NCBI GenBank assembly: GCA_937870915.1
Contig: CALMZQ010000020.1
Span: forward strand, 14,843 to 78,842
Reading direction: 5' to 3'
From: an uncultured Ignavibacteria bacterium
GTDB lineage: Bacteria > Bacteroidota > Ignavibacteria > Kapaibacteriales > Kapaibacteriaceae
Length of the DNA: 64,000 bases
The notes below the pieces were generated by a model. It searched no databases. It saw only the letters and a program-made list of their open reading frames with translations, and was not told the DNA's origin. Below are positions 54,740 through 64,000 of the stretch, in pieces. Both the position numbers and the translations under genes were made by a program. The stretch's first letter is position 1; every line of letters starts with the position of its first letter.

Positions 54740-55894
54740 ATGATCGTGATGAAATTTGGCGGAGCTGTGCTCCGAGAGCCGGACGGGTTTCGGCGAATGG
54801 TGCGGATCGTCCAGGCACAGCCTGGGCGGGGTACGCTCATTGTTGTTTCGGCCTTTGCTACCGCCACGCGTGATCTCGAGTTCGCCTCTCGCCTCGCCCA
54901 GAAGGGTCTAGGGGCCGAGGCTCGGGAGCGTCTGGATCAGGTCGTAGCCGACCATCAGACGCTTGTACGCGCACTTCTACCCTCGGCATCTGCGCGCGAG
55001 GGCATGGAGGCACTACTAGCAGTGGCACGAGATGAGCTTCACGCAGTCTTGGACGGAGTGTCCACTACCAGACAGCTGACCCCCAAAACTCTGGACCGGA
55101 TCTTGGCCTACGGCGAGTTTTTTGCACTCCACATTGCTCGGCACGTCCTCCAAGAGGCTGGTTTGGATGTGGTTGGCGTTGATGCCCAATCTGTGATCGT
55201 CACAACATCAGACCACGGTATGGCTAGCCCCCTACCGGAAAAGACACTGATACGTGTGCAGCACGAGCTACTCCCTGCCCTATCGAAGCATCAGGCGGTA
55301 TTGGTCCAAGGTTTTGTTGGGCGTTCTGAAGAGGGCGCTACTACAACCATGGGTAAGGAGTCATCCAACCTTACAGCAACACTTCTCGGTTCCCTACTCA
55401 ATGCCCACGAGGTTGTGATATTCACGGATGTTGAGGGTGTACGAAGTGCAGACCCACATTTGACCGAAAACACGTTGTTGCGACCTCACCTCACGTATGA
55501 ACAGGCGCGTGTAGCGGCTCATCATGGTTTGAAACTGCTGTATCCTACGATGATCGACCCTGCGGCAAATGCCGGCCTCCGCATTCGTATTGCAAGTGCC
55601 GAAAACCCAACTGGCGGAACAACAGTCATCGACGGTGCTGACGGTGCATGTATGCCGATAGTGATCATCAATCACGATGATGCCGATGCTGAGATCACAA
55701 CGGTCTTCATTGCGTGCTCAGATTGGTTACCGGCCGTGTCCGCTGTGGTGCAAAGCCTGCATAGGAACACGCCATGTGATATTCATACGTCTCATGCGGA
55801 TCAGACAGCCGTACTCCGTGTACCGGCACACGTTGCCTCGGAAGTTGCTCGCGTACTGCACCAAGAACTCTCACTTCGAAATCCAACCCTATGA
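54740..55894 (+). CDS. aspartate kinase-like protein (amino acid kinase family, short form with one ACT-like C-terminal domain)
   Basis: MIVMKFGGAVL... and VVSAFATATRDL, the counterpart of the SAMxxxTD motif. 384 aa, shorter than typical two-ACT aspartokinases. Confidence 0.65.
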   Translation: MIVMKFGGAVLREPDGFRRMVRIVQAQPGRGTLIVVSAFATATRDLEFASRLAQKGLGAEARERLDQVVADHQTLVRALLPSASAREGMEALLAVARDELHAVLDGVSTTRQLTPKTLDRILAYGEFFALHIARHVLQEAGLDVVGVDAQSVIVTTSDHGMASPLPEKTLIRVQHELLPALSKHQAVLVQGFVGRSEEGATTTMGKESSNLTATLLGSLLNAHEVVIFTDVEGVRSADPHLTENTLLRPHLTYEQARVAAHHGLKLLYPTMIDPAANAGLRIRIASAENPTGGTTVIDGADGACMPIVIINHDDADAEITTVFIACSDWLPAVSAVVQSLHRNTPCDIHTSHADQTAVLRVPAHVASEVARVLHQELSLRNPTL

Positions 55895-56121
55895 AACCCA
55901 TACATGACAAGGTTGCCAAGGAAGAATTCGTGATAGGCAACACCTACAATGTGTCACTACGCGGCAAGCCGCTCTACTCTGCAGAAGTCGTGAAATTCCA
56001 CGGCGGTTGCTGGGCTACTGTAAGGGTTACCAAACCCCTCAGTGACGAAGTTGCCCAGATGTATACTCCTGGAACGGAGTTTGATATCAAGGTTGCGGAG
56101 TATGAGTTACTCAGTTACTAG
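55891..56121 (+). CDS. hypothetical 76-aa protein, ATGA-coupled to the upstream kinase gene
   Basis: The ATG at 55891 overlaps the TGA at 55892-55894. The last five codons and the stop come from the GTTAC repeat array. Confidence 0.45.
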   Translation: MKPIHDKVAKEEFVIGNTYNVSLRGKPLYSAEVVKFHGGCWATVRVTKPLSDEVAQMYTPGTEFDIKVAEYELLSY

Positions 56122-56201
56122 TTACTCAGTTACGAGTTACTCAGTTACTAGATACGAGTAACTGGGTAACTCGTAACTAGTAACTCGTAACTGATTAACT
56201 A
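56106..56201. repeat. inverted arrays of GTTAC-type 7/8-mers (three 15-mers, then the reverse orientation) filling a convergent intergenic gap
   Basis: Left arm: gttactcagttacta / gttactcagttacga / gttactcagttacta (56106-56150). Right arm: gtaactgg gtaactc gtaacta gtaactc gtaactg... (56157-56201). The inner 18 nt of the two arms are 16/18 complementary. Confidence 0.9.
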
Positions 56202-56729
56202 CTCTGCTGCTTTCTGCAACTCTTCATTCGTGTACGCAATGATGGTGGCCATCATTTTGCGTTCAAGGTCGCCGTTGGAGACCCAGAAGTGGTTTGCGGC
56301 GGTGATGAATTCTTCAAAGCCCGACATTTCTGCACGAAGAATGATCTTGGTTTGGCCGCCTTCTTCTTCCTTGACGTTGATCTTGTACTGCACTCGGCAT
56401 GTGACCCAAATGCCGCCCCGGATGCGTGGGGCAACAGAGTACTTTTCTATGACGTCCTTTGTGCTGTCTTCGCCTTCTGCCAGGAGACAATAGTCGGAAA
56501 TGTATTGCCCCTTATACAGTCCACCCTCTTCTGCCGGTTCAATGATCTTTTCGGTTTGTGGCTTTGGGCAGCCGGATTGCTCCATGGCCCGTTTCACTGA
56601 GCGCCACACCTTACCGAACGACCCCTTAATGGACTCAGTCAGTACAACTTGTTGAGCTTCGTCTTGTGCAAACGCTGCAGGTGAAGCAGTTACAACAGCA
56701 AGAGCGATTGCAGATAGGAGGATCTTCAT
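56199..56729 (-). CDS. hypothetical secreted protein
   Basis: Signal peptide MKILLSAIALAVVTASPAAFAQ. No recognisable family. Lies 30 nt downstream of smc. Confidence 0.55.
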   Translation of the reverse strand: MKILLSAIALAVVTASPAAFAQDEAQQVVLTESIKGSFGKVWRSVKRAMEQSGCPKPQTEKIIEPAEEGGLYKGQYISDYCLLAEGEDSTKDVIEKYSVAPRIRGGIWVTCRVQYKINVKEEEGGQTKIILRAEMSGFEEFITAANHFWVSNGDLERKMMATIIAYTNEELQKAAE

Positions 56730-56759
56730 GATCTTGAGGGTCGAAAGTGAAAAACGTGA

Positions 56760-59700
56760 TCAGGCAGCAGACTTACCGGCAAGATGAACAGAGACAACCT
56801 TTGACACTGCCGGCTCTTCCATGGTAACGCCGTATAGTGTATCAGCCGCTTCCATCGTCTTCTTATTGTGCGTAATCATCAAAAATTGCGTGTTCTCAGC
56901 AAATTTCCGAATGATCTTCAGATATCGGTCGATATTGGCATCATCAAGTGGTGCATCCACTTCATCGAGAATACAGAAGGGGCTTGGCTTGACCAAGTAG
57001 ATCGCAAACAGCAGGGCAATGGCCGTGAGGGTCTTTTCGCCACCTGACAACATTTCAATGCTGTGTGGTCGCTTTCCGCGAGGTTTAGCGGTAATCTCAA
57101 TGGTGCATTCGAGAGGATCGTTATCGGCCGACTCGATCATTTGAAGATCGGCCTCATCATCTTCGCTGAAGAGCATTTTGAAGAGGGTTGAGAAGTTCTC
57201 GCGGATTCGCACAAATGTTGATGTGAACTTCTCGCGGGCCGTGAGATTGATCTCGGCTATGGTCTCATTCAGAGCGCGTTCACTCTCAGTGAGATCCGAG
57301 AGCTGCTGCGTGAGGAAGAGGAATCGCTCATTCTCACGCTCGTGCTCTTCAAGGGCAAGAAAGTTCACATTCCCCATGGACGTGAGCTTACGGCGCAACT
57401 CTTGCACTTGCGTGCGGACCTCTTCGGGCTCAGCGTCCGTCTCAGGCATTGCGGGTTGTTCAGGAACTTCTAAGTCTAGTTCTTCACTTGCCCGGCGAGC
57501 CAAGGACTCCATGCGAAGGCGCACTTCGTTATGCTTGAGGTCAGCTTCGTGTTGTTCGTTAACGATTGCATCAAGCTCCTTCCGTTTACGTCGCACATCC
57601 TCCCCAGCTTGGTGGAATGCGGCCGAGTGTTCTCGTACGGAAAGCTCAAGTCCTTCTCTTTTGGACTTTGCTTCTGCTAAACGTGCAACGATTGTGGAGG
57701 CGCTGGTATCAGACTCCGTGCGCTCCGACTCGTAGGTTGCGATCTGCTTTTGGAGGTCATTGCGCTCTGTCTCGCGTTGTTCGCGACGTTGGTCGATGGT
57801 CAGACTTTGATTCGTGAGCCGACCTTCATTGCTAACCAACGTCTGCAATTCACCACTAAGACGAACTACTCTGATCTCAACACCTCGCATCTCGCCGATC
57901 CGTTGATTCACGAGTTGTTCTACATTTTGCAACGCCTCCGTTGCGGATGCCAATTCGGCCTCGAGTTTGGCAACACCTTCGCTTGTTTCTGTGATCGCAT
58001 GTTCTGCCGCAGCAGCATCACCACGGAGAGATTCGAGCTCCCCGGCAATGCGTTGTGCTTCCTCACGTAGGAGCTGCTGTTGAGCCTGTACGTCGTCTAT
58101 CCTACCGCGCAACGAATCCAATCGTTGCTGTCGATCATTGCGAATGAGGGCTACCTTTCGCACCTCATCTCCAAGCCGTCGCAGATCGATGGTTCCAAGT
58201 TCTTGTTTCACAGCGCGAAGTCTACCATCTACGTCTGCTATGCGCTGCTCCAGGGTATCGATCTCGCCTCTCAGCTGATCGATACGCTCACGACGTCCAA
58301 CGCGCACCCCTTCTGTCTTCGATGTTGAGCCTCCTCGAACCGCTCCCGCACGATGGACGATCTCGCCCGCGAGCGTCACGGCTGAAGTTGCAGGTGTTTC
58401 GTTGATTGCCTTCCATGCATCATCCATCGACCGCACGATCACCGTGTGTCCAAGGATGCCACGTACGGCCCCGCGCAGCTGATCATCCGCCTGCACAAGT
58501 TCAGATGCCCATCCGATCACTCCTTCGATCGAACCAAGTGAAGGGGGCTGATCAATCGCCGGTATTGCGTCTCGACACAAGAATGTAGCCTTGCCAACAC
58601 TATTTTTTGACAATGCACTGATGGCCTGTTGGGCCTCTGTACGGTGTGCCACCACAAAATACCGAGCTGCATCACCGAGCGCAGCTTCAATGGCAACACG
58701 AAACTCTTCACCAGTGTTGATCACCTCGGCAAGCGTGAGCTTTTCTCCGGATGGAGTCCACTCCGGAGTATTGAGAAGAAACTTGCTACTCTCGGTTGTG
58801 TCAACAAGTCCCACCAAGAACTCGAGGGAAGCGGTACTATGCCCAAGCTTTGACCGCAGATCTTCGGAGTCTTTCTGCAATCCCTCTTGCTCTGCTTGGA
58901 GGTCTCGCTGCCGTGTTTCAGCAGCATGAAGACGTTGTTCTGATTCTGCCAACTGGTGGTCGAGTGCCGGTAGGTCCGCGCTCTCCCGCGTAATCTGATC
59001 TTCTACCTGTGCCAGGCGTTCAGCTGCCTGACGGTGTTGTGCTTCATTCTCTGCGAGACGTCGCTGTTGCCCTTCTCCCTGTATGCGAAATCTGTCTGCC
59101 TGGTTCCGCTGTTCGTTCAGGATCTGTCGCGCAGCTGTAAGGCCTTCTCGTTGACCATGGAGGTCCTGACGCATCTGAACCAGCGTAGCTTGTGCTTCTT
59201 CTACAAGCGAACGTTGCGCTTCAAGTTCCCTTACTGCCTCTTCGTGTTCTACCTTCCCGGTCACCATGCGCTCGCGTACCTGTTGCAGTTCCTGCGAGGT
59301 TGAAGACTGCTGAGTCTGGGATTCATTCTGTTCTCGATCGAGCCGCTCAAGCGCACGCTGCGCAGAAGCCTTCCGCTCATCAACAAGGGATATGCGCTGC
59401 TGTACTTCACTCAAGGCCGTGCGCACGTCATTCTCAAACGTGATGGCCGTGCGAAGCTCTTGCTCCATCTGTTCATGCGTCTTCTCTGCTGCAACAACGT
59501 GTTGCTCGGCTGCTGCAAGTGCAGACTCCTCTGCCTCGCGCCGCTGACGGATGCCGGTGATGCGTTCGAGCAGTTGTGTGAGAGCGATGAACTCCTCGGC
59601 ATATTCAAACGCAAACAACGTTCGGTCTAGGTCGCGCAGTCTCGTGGACAAATCCTGATGCTGCCGCGCCTTCTCGGCCTGCCGTGCAAGTGAATTGACA

Positions 59701-60302
59701 GTCTTTTGGACTTCACGAACGATATCCTGCACACGTGCGATGTCCCGCTGTGCAGCATCCAGCTTACGCTGCGCTTCTTTTCTCCGAGCCTTGTATTTCG
59801 TAACGCCGGCAGCCTCTTCAAACAAATGCCTGCGTTCATCAGCTTTATCGCTAAGGATCGTTTCGATCATCTTGAGCTCGATCACGGAATAGGCATCAGA
59901 GCCCATACCGGTATCCATGAAGAGATCAACGATATCCCGTAGGCGGCACTGCGTTTTGTTGAGAAGGTATTGACTCTCTCCGTTGCGAAAGAGCCTACGG
60001 GTGATCACTACCTGTGAATATTCCGTTGGCAGGATCTGCTTGTTGTTCTCGATGGTCAACGATACTTCTGCCATGCCAAGGGGCTTCCTGGCTCGTGATC
60101 CATTAAAGATCACCTGGTCCATGGAGTCGGCACGCAACATCGACGTCTTTTGCTCGCCAAGCACCCAACGTATAGCGTCCACAACGTTTGTCTTGCCACA
60201 ACCATTTGGGCCTACGATCGCTGTTACGCCATCAGTGAACTCGAGGTCGGTCTTTAGACCAAAACTCTTAAAGCCCACCATCTCGAGTTTCGACAGATAC
60301 AT
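56760..60302 (-). CDS. smc: chromosome segregation protein SMC
   Basis: Walker A GPNGCGKTN, long coiled coils with a central hinge, signature LSGGEKTLTAIALLFA, and Walker B ILDEVDAPLD. Confidence 0.95.
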   Translation of the reverse strand: MYLSKLEMVGFKSFGLKTDLEFTDGVTAIVGPNGCGKTNVVDAIRWVLGEQKTSMLRADSMDQVIFNGSRARKPLGMAEVSLTIENNKQILPTEYSQVVITRRLFRNGESQYLLNKTQCRLRDIVDLFMDTGMGSDAYSVIELKMIETILSDKADERRHLFEEAAGVTKYKARRKEAQRKLDAAQRDIARVQDIVREVQKTVNSLARQAEKARQHQDLSTRLRDLDRTLFAFEYAEEFIALTQLLERITGIRQRREAEESALAAAEQHVVAAEKTHEQMEQELRTAITFENDVRTALSEVQQRISLVDERKASAQRALERLDREQNESQTQQSSTSQELQQVRERMVTGKVEHEEAVRELEAQRSLVEEAQATLVQMRQDLHGQREGLTAARQILNEQRNQADRFRIQGEGQQRRLAENEAQHRQAAERLAQVEDQITRESADLPALDHQLAESEQRLHAAETRQRDLQAEQEGLQKDSEDLRSKLGHSTASLEFLVGLVDTTESSKFLLNTPEWTPSGEKLTLAEVINTGEEFRVAIEAALGDAARYFVVAHRTEAQQAISALSKNSVGKATFLCRDAIPAIDQPPSLGSIEGVIGWASELVQADDQLRGAVRGILGHTVIVRSMDDAWKAINETPATSAVTLAGEIVHRAGAVRGGSTSKTEGVRVGRRERIDQLRGEIDTLEQRIADVDGRLRAVKQELGTIDLRRLGDEVRKVALIRNDRQQRLDSLRGRIDDVQAQQQLLREEAQRIAGELESLRGDAAAAEHAITETSEGVAKLEAELASATEALQNVEQLVNQRIGEMRGVEIRVVRLSGELQTLVSNEGRLTNQSLTIDQRREQRETERNDLQKQIATYESERTESDTSASTIVARLAEAKSKREGLELSVREHSAAFHQAGEDVRRKRKELDAIVNEQHEADLKHNEVRLRMESLARRASEELDLEVPEQPAMPETDAEPEEVRTQVQELRRKLTSMGNVNFLALEEHERENERFLFLTQQLSDLTESERALNETIAEINLTAREKFTSTFVRIRENFSTLFKMLFSEDDEADLQMIESADNDPLECTIEITAKPRGKRPHSIEMLSGGEKTLTAIALLFAIYLVKPSPFCILDEVDAPLDDANIDRYLKIIRKFAENTQFLMITHNKKTMEAADTLYGVTMEEPAVSKVVSVHLAGKSAA

Positions 60303-60410
60303 TTCGTTGAATTCCGGTAATGAGTCGTTCTATAACCGCCCAAATTGCGACAGCTGGGCGTGAGGCCAACTGTTGGAGTTATCCACAGTATTCACATCGA
60401 CTTCCAGGGT

Positions 60411-60944
60411 CTACTGATCCTTACGTCGATTGACATAGAGCATGGGAAACACGGCAGCCACTGTGGTGTAAAGGGTTGTCGCAACACCATACTTAAGGAA
60501 AAACATCCCAAAAGAGATCTGCATGGGGCGGACGTAGAAGAAGTAATACAGAAGGTTATGCACACCCCCTGCAAGGGCAACAACGAGCAAGAATCGGTAA
60601 CTGCCGATTGTTTGCATAGCGTAACCTTCTCTCCAAAAGTACCCTGCTACGAATCCGGCAGCCGTCTTTGCCAAAGCATTCGATCCTAGTACATCGGCGG
60701 AGACCACGTCAAACAGCAGCCCAGCCAAGAACCCGGCTATCATGCCGGTGAACTGTCCTTCCACAATCGCTATCCAGACCGTAAGGATCAAAAGGAGATC
60801 TGGCGTTACCGAGCTAACAGCAACAAATCGCAAGAACACCACGTGCACCACGTTTAGCAACAGTGCCACAACGGCGTATACAACAAATCGTAATGCCGGA
60901 TTGGTCACGAATTGTGAGCGATGCAGATCGAAGTTCAGTGCCAT
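60411..60944 (-). CDS. mreD: rod shape-determining protein MreD
   Basis: 177-aa polytopic membrane protein directly downstream of mreC. Confidence 0.7.
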   Translation of the reverse strand: MALNFDLHRSQFVTNPALRFVVYAVVALLLNVVHVVFLRFVAVSSVTPDLLLILTVWIAIVEGQFTGMIAGFLAGLLFDVVSADVLGSNALAKTAAGFVAGYFWREGYAMQTIGSYRFLLVVALAGGVHNLLYYFFYVRPMQISFGMFFLKYGVATTLYTTVAAVFPMLYVNRRKDQ

Positions 60945-60950
60945 GCTGAG

Positions 60951-61802
60951 TTACGGCGTTGATCGTTGCGGAAGTCGTTCATCTGTGCGCCTTTCAAGCG
61001 CTACACGTTCGCTATTGGGTCGGGTATCAACTACAAACAGCTGTTCAAGAGTTGCAAAGTTCACAGCGGGTTCAACAACCACACGCCGGAAGAGCGAGTT
61101 CGCCTCTTCTGACACCTGGGTTGCTCTGCCGATAACGATATTCGCCGGATACTTCTGGCTGTATGATGATGTTAAGACCACATCTCCGGCCTGTACATCC
61201 AATGAACGAGGCACGTTCTTCAACACCAAAAAGGTTTCACCCTCCCACTGAATGATTCCGTCAACACGCGTGCGCTGAACCTTAGCACTCACACGCGTAT
61301 CCCGATTCAACAAGAGCTGTAGCACGGCAAAGTGGGGCGATGTACCAATAACGATTCCAACGAGACCGGCATCAGTTATACAGCACATGCCTTCTTGCAC
61401 GCCATCCTCAATTCCCTTGTTGATCGTTGCATAATTCCGAGACTGTGTGGTTGTCTTCCCGATGACGTCTGCTGCAATCAGATGATAATCCGTGTATGCA
61501 GGTAGCTCCAGCATCTTGCGTAACGTAGCATTCTCTACCATCGACTGCCGAGACCGAGCAGACTCAACCGCGAGCTGAAGATTCAATTCGCGCAAGGCAA
61601 GATTCTCACTCTTAAGAGCAACGGGATTCGGGATCCATGCGAATAGCGACTGCATCCACCCTATTGAACCAACAATCACGGCACGGAATCCGCCCAACTG
61701 TGAGAGGCTCCCAACACTCATGAATGCGAATGACATCACCACAAGTGTCCCAAGGGTGATGTAGTTCTTGAATCGAACAACAAAGTCGATAAATCGACGC
61801 AT
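60951..61802 (-). CDS. mreC: rod shape-determining protein MreC
   Basis: N-terminal TM, coiled coil (LALRELNLQLAVESARSRQSMVENATLRKM) and a beta-rich periplasmic domain. Positioned between mreB and mreD. Confidence 0.8.
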   Translation of the reverse strand: MRRFIDFVVRFKNYITLGTLVVMSFAFMSVGSLSQLGGFRAVIVGSIGWMQSLFAWIPNPVALKSENLALRELNLQLAVESARSRQSMVENATLRKMLELPAYTDYHLIAADVIGKTTTQSRNYATINKGIEDGVQEGMCCITDAGLVGIVIGTSPHFAVLQLLLNRDTRVSAKVQRTRVDGIIQWEGETFLVLKNVPRSLDVQAGDVVLTSSYSQKYPANIVIGRATQVSEEANSLFRRVVVEPAVNFATLEQLFVVDTRPNSERVALERRTDERLPQRSTP

Positions 61803-62827
61803 TAGTATCGCTTCGACTTGATCAAGACGGATGAATACGCGTCCAGGTCTTCTAGGACCTTCCCTGTGCCACGTACAACGGCGGTGAGTGGGTCATCAGC
61901 TACGTGCACCGGCAACGATGTCTCACGTCGGAGGCGTTCATCAAGCCCCTTTAACAATGCACCACCACCGGAGAGGATAATACCACGATCGAAAATATCC
62001 GCCGACAATTCGGGCGGGGTCTTTTCGAGTAACGTAAGCACTGCTTCGATGATCGTAGAGATATTCTCGTTAAGTGCTTCTCTGATCTCTTCACTGGAGA
62101 CAATGATGCTCTTGGGTGTACCGGCTACCATGTCCCTACCCTTTACTTCTATCTCAAGTTCTTCGGGAAGGGGCCAAGCAGAACCAACATTCACCTTGAT
62201 GATCTCAGCTGTACGATCACCGATGAGAATGTTGTGTTGCCTCTTGAACCAATTCACGATTGAACTTGTGAGTTCGTCACCGGCTATGCGAATGGATTCA
62301 TCAACAACAATTCCGGAGAGTGCAATAACAGCGATCTCCGTTGTACCACCACCGATATCAACTACCATGTTGCCCATCGGTTCATGCACGTCAAGACCAA
62401 CACCAATTGCAGCAGCCATTGGTTCTGCAATAAGGTGCACTTGTTTTGCTCCTGCATGTTCAGCGGAATCACGAACGGCACGTTTCTCAACTTCAGTGAT
62501 GCCGGACGGAACACAGATCACCATACGCTTTGCATGTGCGATCGATGTACTCGTCTTTTGAATGAATGCTCGAAGCATTCCTTCTGCGATCTCAAAATCT
62601 GCGATCACTCCATCCTTTAACGGACGAATGGTCTTGATATCGCGGTGTGTTTTCCCCACCATCTTTTCGGCTTCATGGCCGATGGCGATGATATTTTTGG
62701 AAGTGCGATCGAACGCAACGATCGATGGCTCGTTGAGCACGATCCCTTTTCCTTTTTGCCAGATGAGGGTGTTCGCGGTACCAAGATCGATACCGACGTC
62801 GTTGGAGAAGATCCGAAAACGGGCCAT
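61802..62827 (-). CDS. mreB: rod shape-determining protein MreB
   Basis: From ATG 62827: MARFRIFSNDVGIDLGTANTLIW..., and VVDIGGGTTEIAVI. The 46-codon N-terminal extension in the ORF track is unlikely to be translated. Confidence 0.95.
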   Translation of the reverse strand: MARFRIFSNDVGIDLGTANTLIWQKGKGIVLNEPSIVAFDRTSKNIIAIGHEAEKMVGKTHRDIKTIRPLKDGVIADFEIAEGMLRAFIQKTSTSIAHAKRMVICVPSGITEVEKRAVRDSAEHAGAKQVHLIAEPMAAAIGVGLDVHEPMGNMVVDIGGGTTEIAVIALSGIVVDESIRIAGDELTSSIVNWFKRQHNILIGDRTAEIIKVNVGSAWPLPEELEIEVKGRDMVAGTPKSIIVSSEEIREALNENISTIIEAVLTLLEKTPPELSADIFDRGIILSGGGALLKGLDERLRRETSLPVHVADDPLTAVVRGTGKVLEDLDAYSSVLIKSKRY

Positions 62828-63143
62828 GGGGTGGAATTGCGTAAGGAAATGCGAATCGGACGAAGTTACGAAGGCTACATCTGCTTTTTTTGTATCAAGT
62901 TTCCACCATGTCACGATCTCGTGAAATTCAAGGGGCGCTCGGCCTTGCAATACCCTTTGCTGCATCCCTTGCTATCGGCTTGTAGACCCTAACAGTACAC
63001 TGCATAATAGGTCCATTTTCGCTGACCGATTCTGTCGATTTTGTTTGGATTTGCCTTTTTGGGGCGATTAAACAGTCCCCGGAGGCACAACGGGGTGTCG
63101 CCGGTTGTCAGCAAACAACTTCATTCGATTTCAGATACAAACG

Positions 63144-63173
63144 AAAAAGGGGCTGGCGTAAGCCAGCCCCTTT
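63144..63173 (-). terminator. rho-independent terminator downstream of the T9SS surface-protein gene
   Basis: GGGGCTGGC-GTAA-GCCAGCCCC (63149-63170). On the minus strand it is followed by TTTTTCGTTTG. Confidence 0.8.
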
Positions 63174-63199
63174 GGGAAATCGAGAGGACGTTGGATCGC

Positions 63200-64000
63200 T
63201 TAGCGAACGATCGAGAGTGTGCGTGTACGCTGACCGTTTTCGTCAGAATACGTGATCACAACTACGCCGTTGTTCCACGATGATGTGTTTACGCGGAACG
63301 AACCGGCATCCGACACCATTGAAGAAGCAAGCACGCGTCCGTTGATGTCGTGAACCAAGACCGGTGTGTTTACACGAACCGTTGTGAAGACGATCTGCTC
63401 GTTAGCAACATCGAACCACACGCGAGCTGTCTTGCCCATTTCATCTTCAACGCTAGTTGTTGTCTCACCTCTAAGCGTGACCTTGTTACCAGCAGCATCT
63501 GTTGCATCTGAAGTAATGGTCAGCTCACCGTTGTTAACGCCTACAACACCTGCACTGTAGCAGATCGATTCGATCTGAACAGAAGCACCAGCAGCTACCG
63601 TGATAGGCAATGCTGGGATGGTTGGATTTGACACAGTGAATTCAGGTGAGTTGCTTGTAATAGCAGTGATTACCATGTCAACATTACCAGTATTGTTGAC
63701 CGTCAACTTGCCTTCATTTGCTTCGCAATCAGTAGCTGAAGGTGTTTCGATGAGATACGAGAGAAGTGGTGTGGCAGTAATCCGGGAAACACCACCAGTG
63801 CCCGAAAGAGCGCACGTTACGTTACCGCACGCCGTTTCAACTGTGAGAACATCTGCATCGCCGGCTTCTGAGCCGATAGCAGGTGTATAGCTGAAGACGA
63901 TGTTGTGTGTAGCACCAACAAGGAGCTGAATTGGAGTTCCACCGCCCGCTGTGATAGCGAAGCGTGTACCAGTTGCAAGTGTGATGGCTGTAAGAGTCAT
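63200..64000 (-). CDS. cell-surface Ig-like/choice-of-anchor-D-like repeat protein with T9SS C-terminal sorting domain (C-terminal part; N-terminus beyond window)
   Basis: Repeated beta-sandwich-like segments (..GKLTVNNTGNVDMVITAITSNSPEFTV..). C-terminal CTD: VWFDVANEQIVFTT...VLVHDINGRVLASSM...NNGVVVITYSDENG. Confidence 0.7.
   Translation of the reverse strand: MTLTAITLATGTRFAITAGGGTPIQLLVGATHNIVFSYTPAIGSEAGDADVLTVETACGNVTCALSGTGGVSRITATPLLSYLIETPSATDCEANEGKLTVNNTGNVDMVITAITSNSPEFTVSNPTIPALPITVAAGASVQIESICYSAGVVGVNNGELTITSDATDAAGNKVTLRGETTTSVEDEMGKTARVWFDVANEQIVFTTVRVNTPVLVHDINGRVLASSMVSDAGSFRVNTSSWNNGVVVITYSDENGQRTRTLSIVR

Noticed and set aside
57178-57735. Long antisense ORFs inside big genes, e.g. 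57178..57735 in smc, 61818..62561 in mreB, 40713..41306 in gap, 24624..24980 in the TPR-LuxR gene, and many inside the Rhs gene and alaS
   Set aside because: They have Ser/Arg/Pro-rich low-complexity translations typical of the antisense strand of real genes. They lack motifs and fully overlap well-supported CDSs.

Overview
64-kb chromosomal segment with about 60 protein-coding genes and three tRNAs. I saw no rRNA, CRISPR array, transposase, integrase or prophage genes. The source looks like an FCB-group bacterium (Bacteroidota / Ignavibacteriota / Chlorobi-like). Four proteins end in T9SS type-A C-terminal sorting domains, a DUF4295 gene sits in a ribosomal-protein operon, IspG is the long A-A*-B type, and several genes carry the Bacteroidetes-type TAnnTTTG -7 promoter box. 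Most content is housekeeping: cytochrome c plus the start of coxII, purD, alaS, trmH, an isolated nuoD, PPK2, tRNA-Leu/Ser, rsgA, recJ, yebC-ruvC, gap-pgk-rhomboid-ispG, tRNA-Gln-prs-rplY, DUF4295-rpmE-rpsR, an aspartokinase-like gene, smc and mreBCD. Accessory-looking content includes a TPR/Y_Y_Y sensor kinase with a NarL-type regulator and a four-gene cluster of small envelope proteins. It also includes a block of small hypothetical, VOC, DUF1801 and GyrI-like genes, a ParE/RHH toxin-antitoxin pair, and an Rhs locus with a TPR-LuxR regulator. A YceI-porin-YceI cluster, an M61 peptidase and several T9SS cargo proteins are present too. The items most worth a second look are these. (1) A Sec-signal Rhs protein has a degenerate cleavage motif and a proline-rich, non-enzymatic tip. 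It is followed by a 151-aa mini YD-repeat protein carrying a T9SS sorting domain instead of an immunity gene. (2) About half of the intergenic gaps longer than 60 nt are filled with short-period (7, 8, about 12, 15 or 32 nt) tandem repeat arrays and REP-like palindromes of several recurring families. These often start inside the last codons of genes. (3) Six start codons have a fixed TAnnTTTG-N4-6-ATG arrangement, implying leaderless mRNAs. (4) The long-form ispG is split into two ATGA-overlapping ORFs exactly at a domain boundary. (5) recJ overlaps the start of a 932-aa PD-(D/E)XK nuclease plus SF1 helicase gene. All calls come from reading the sequence and the supplied ORF translations. No database search was run.
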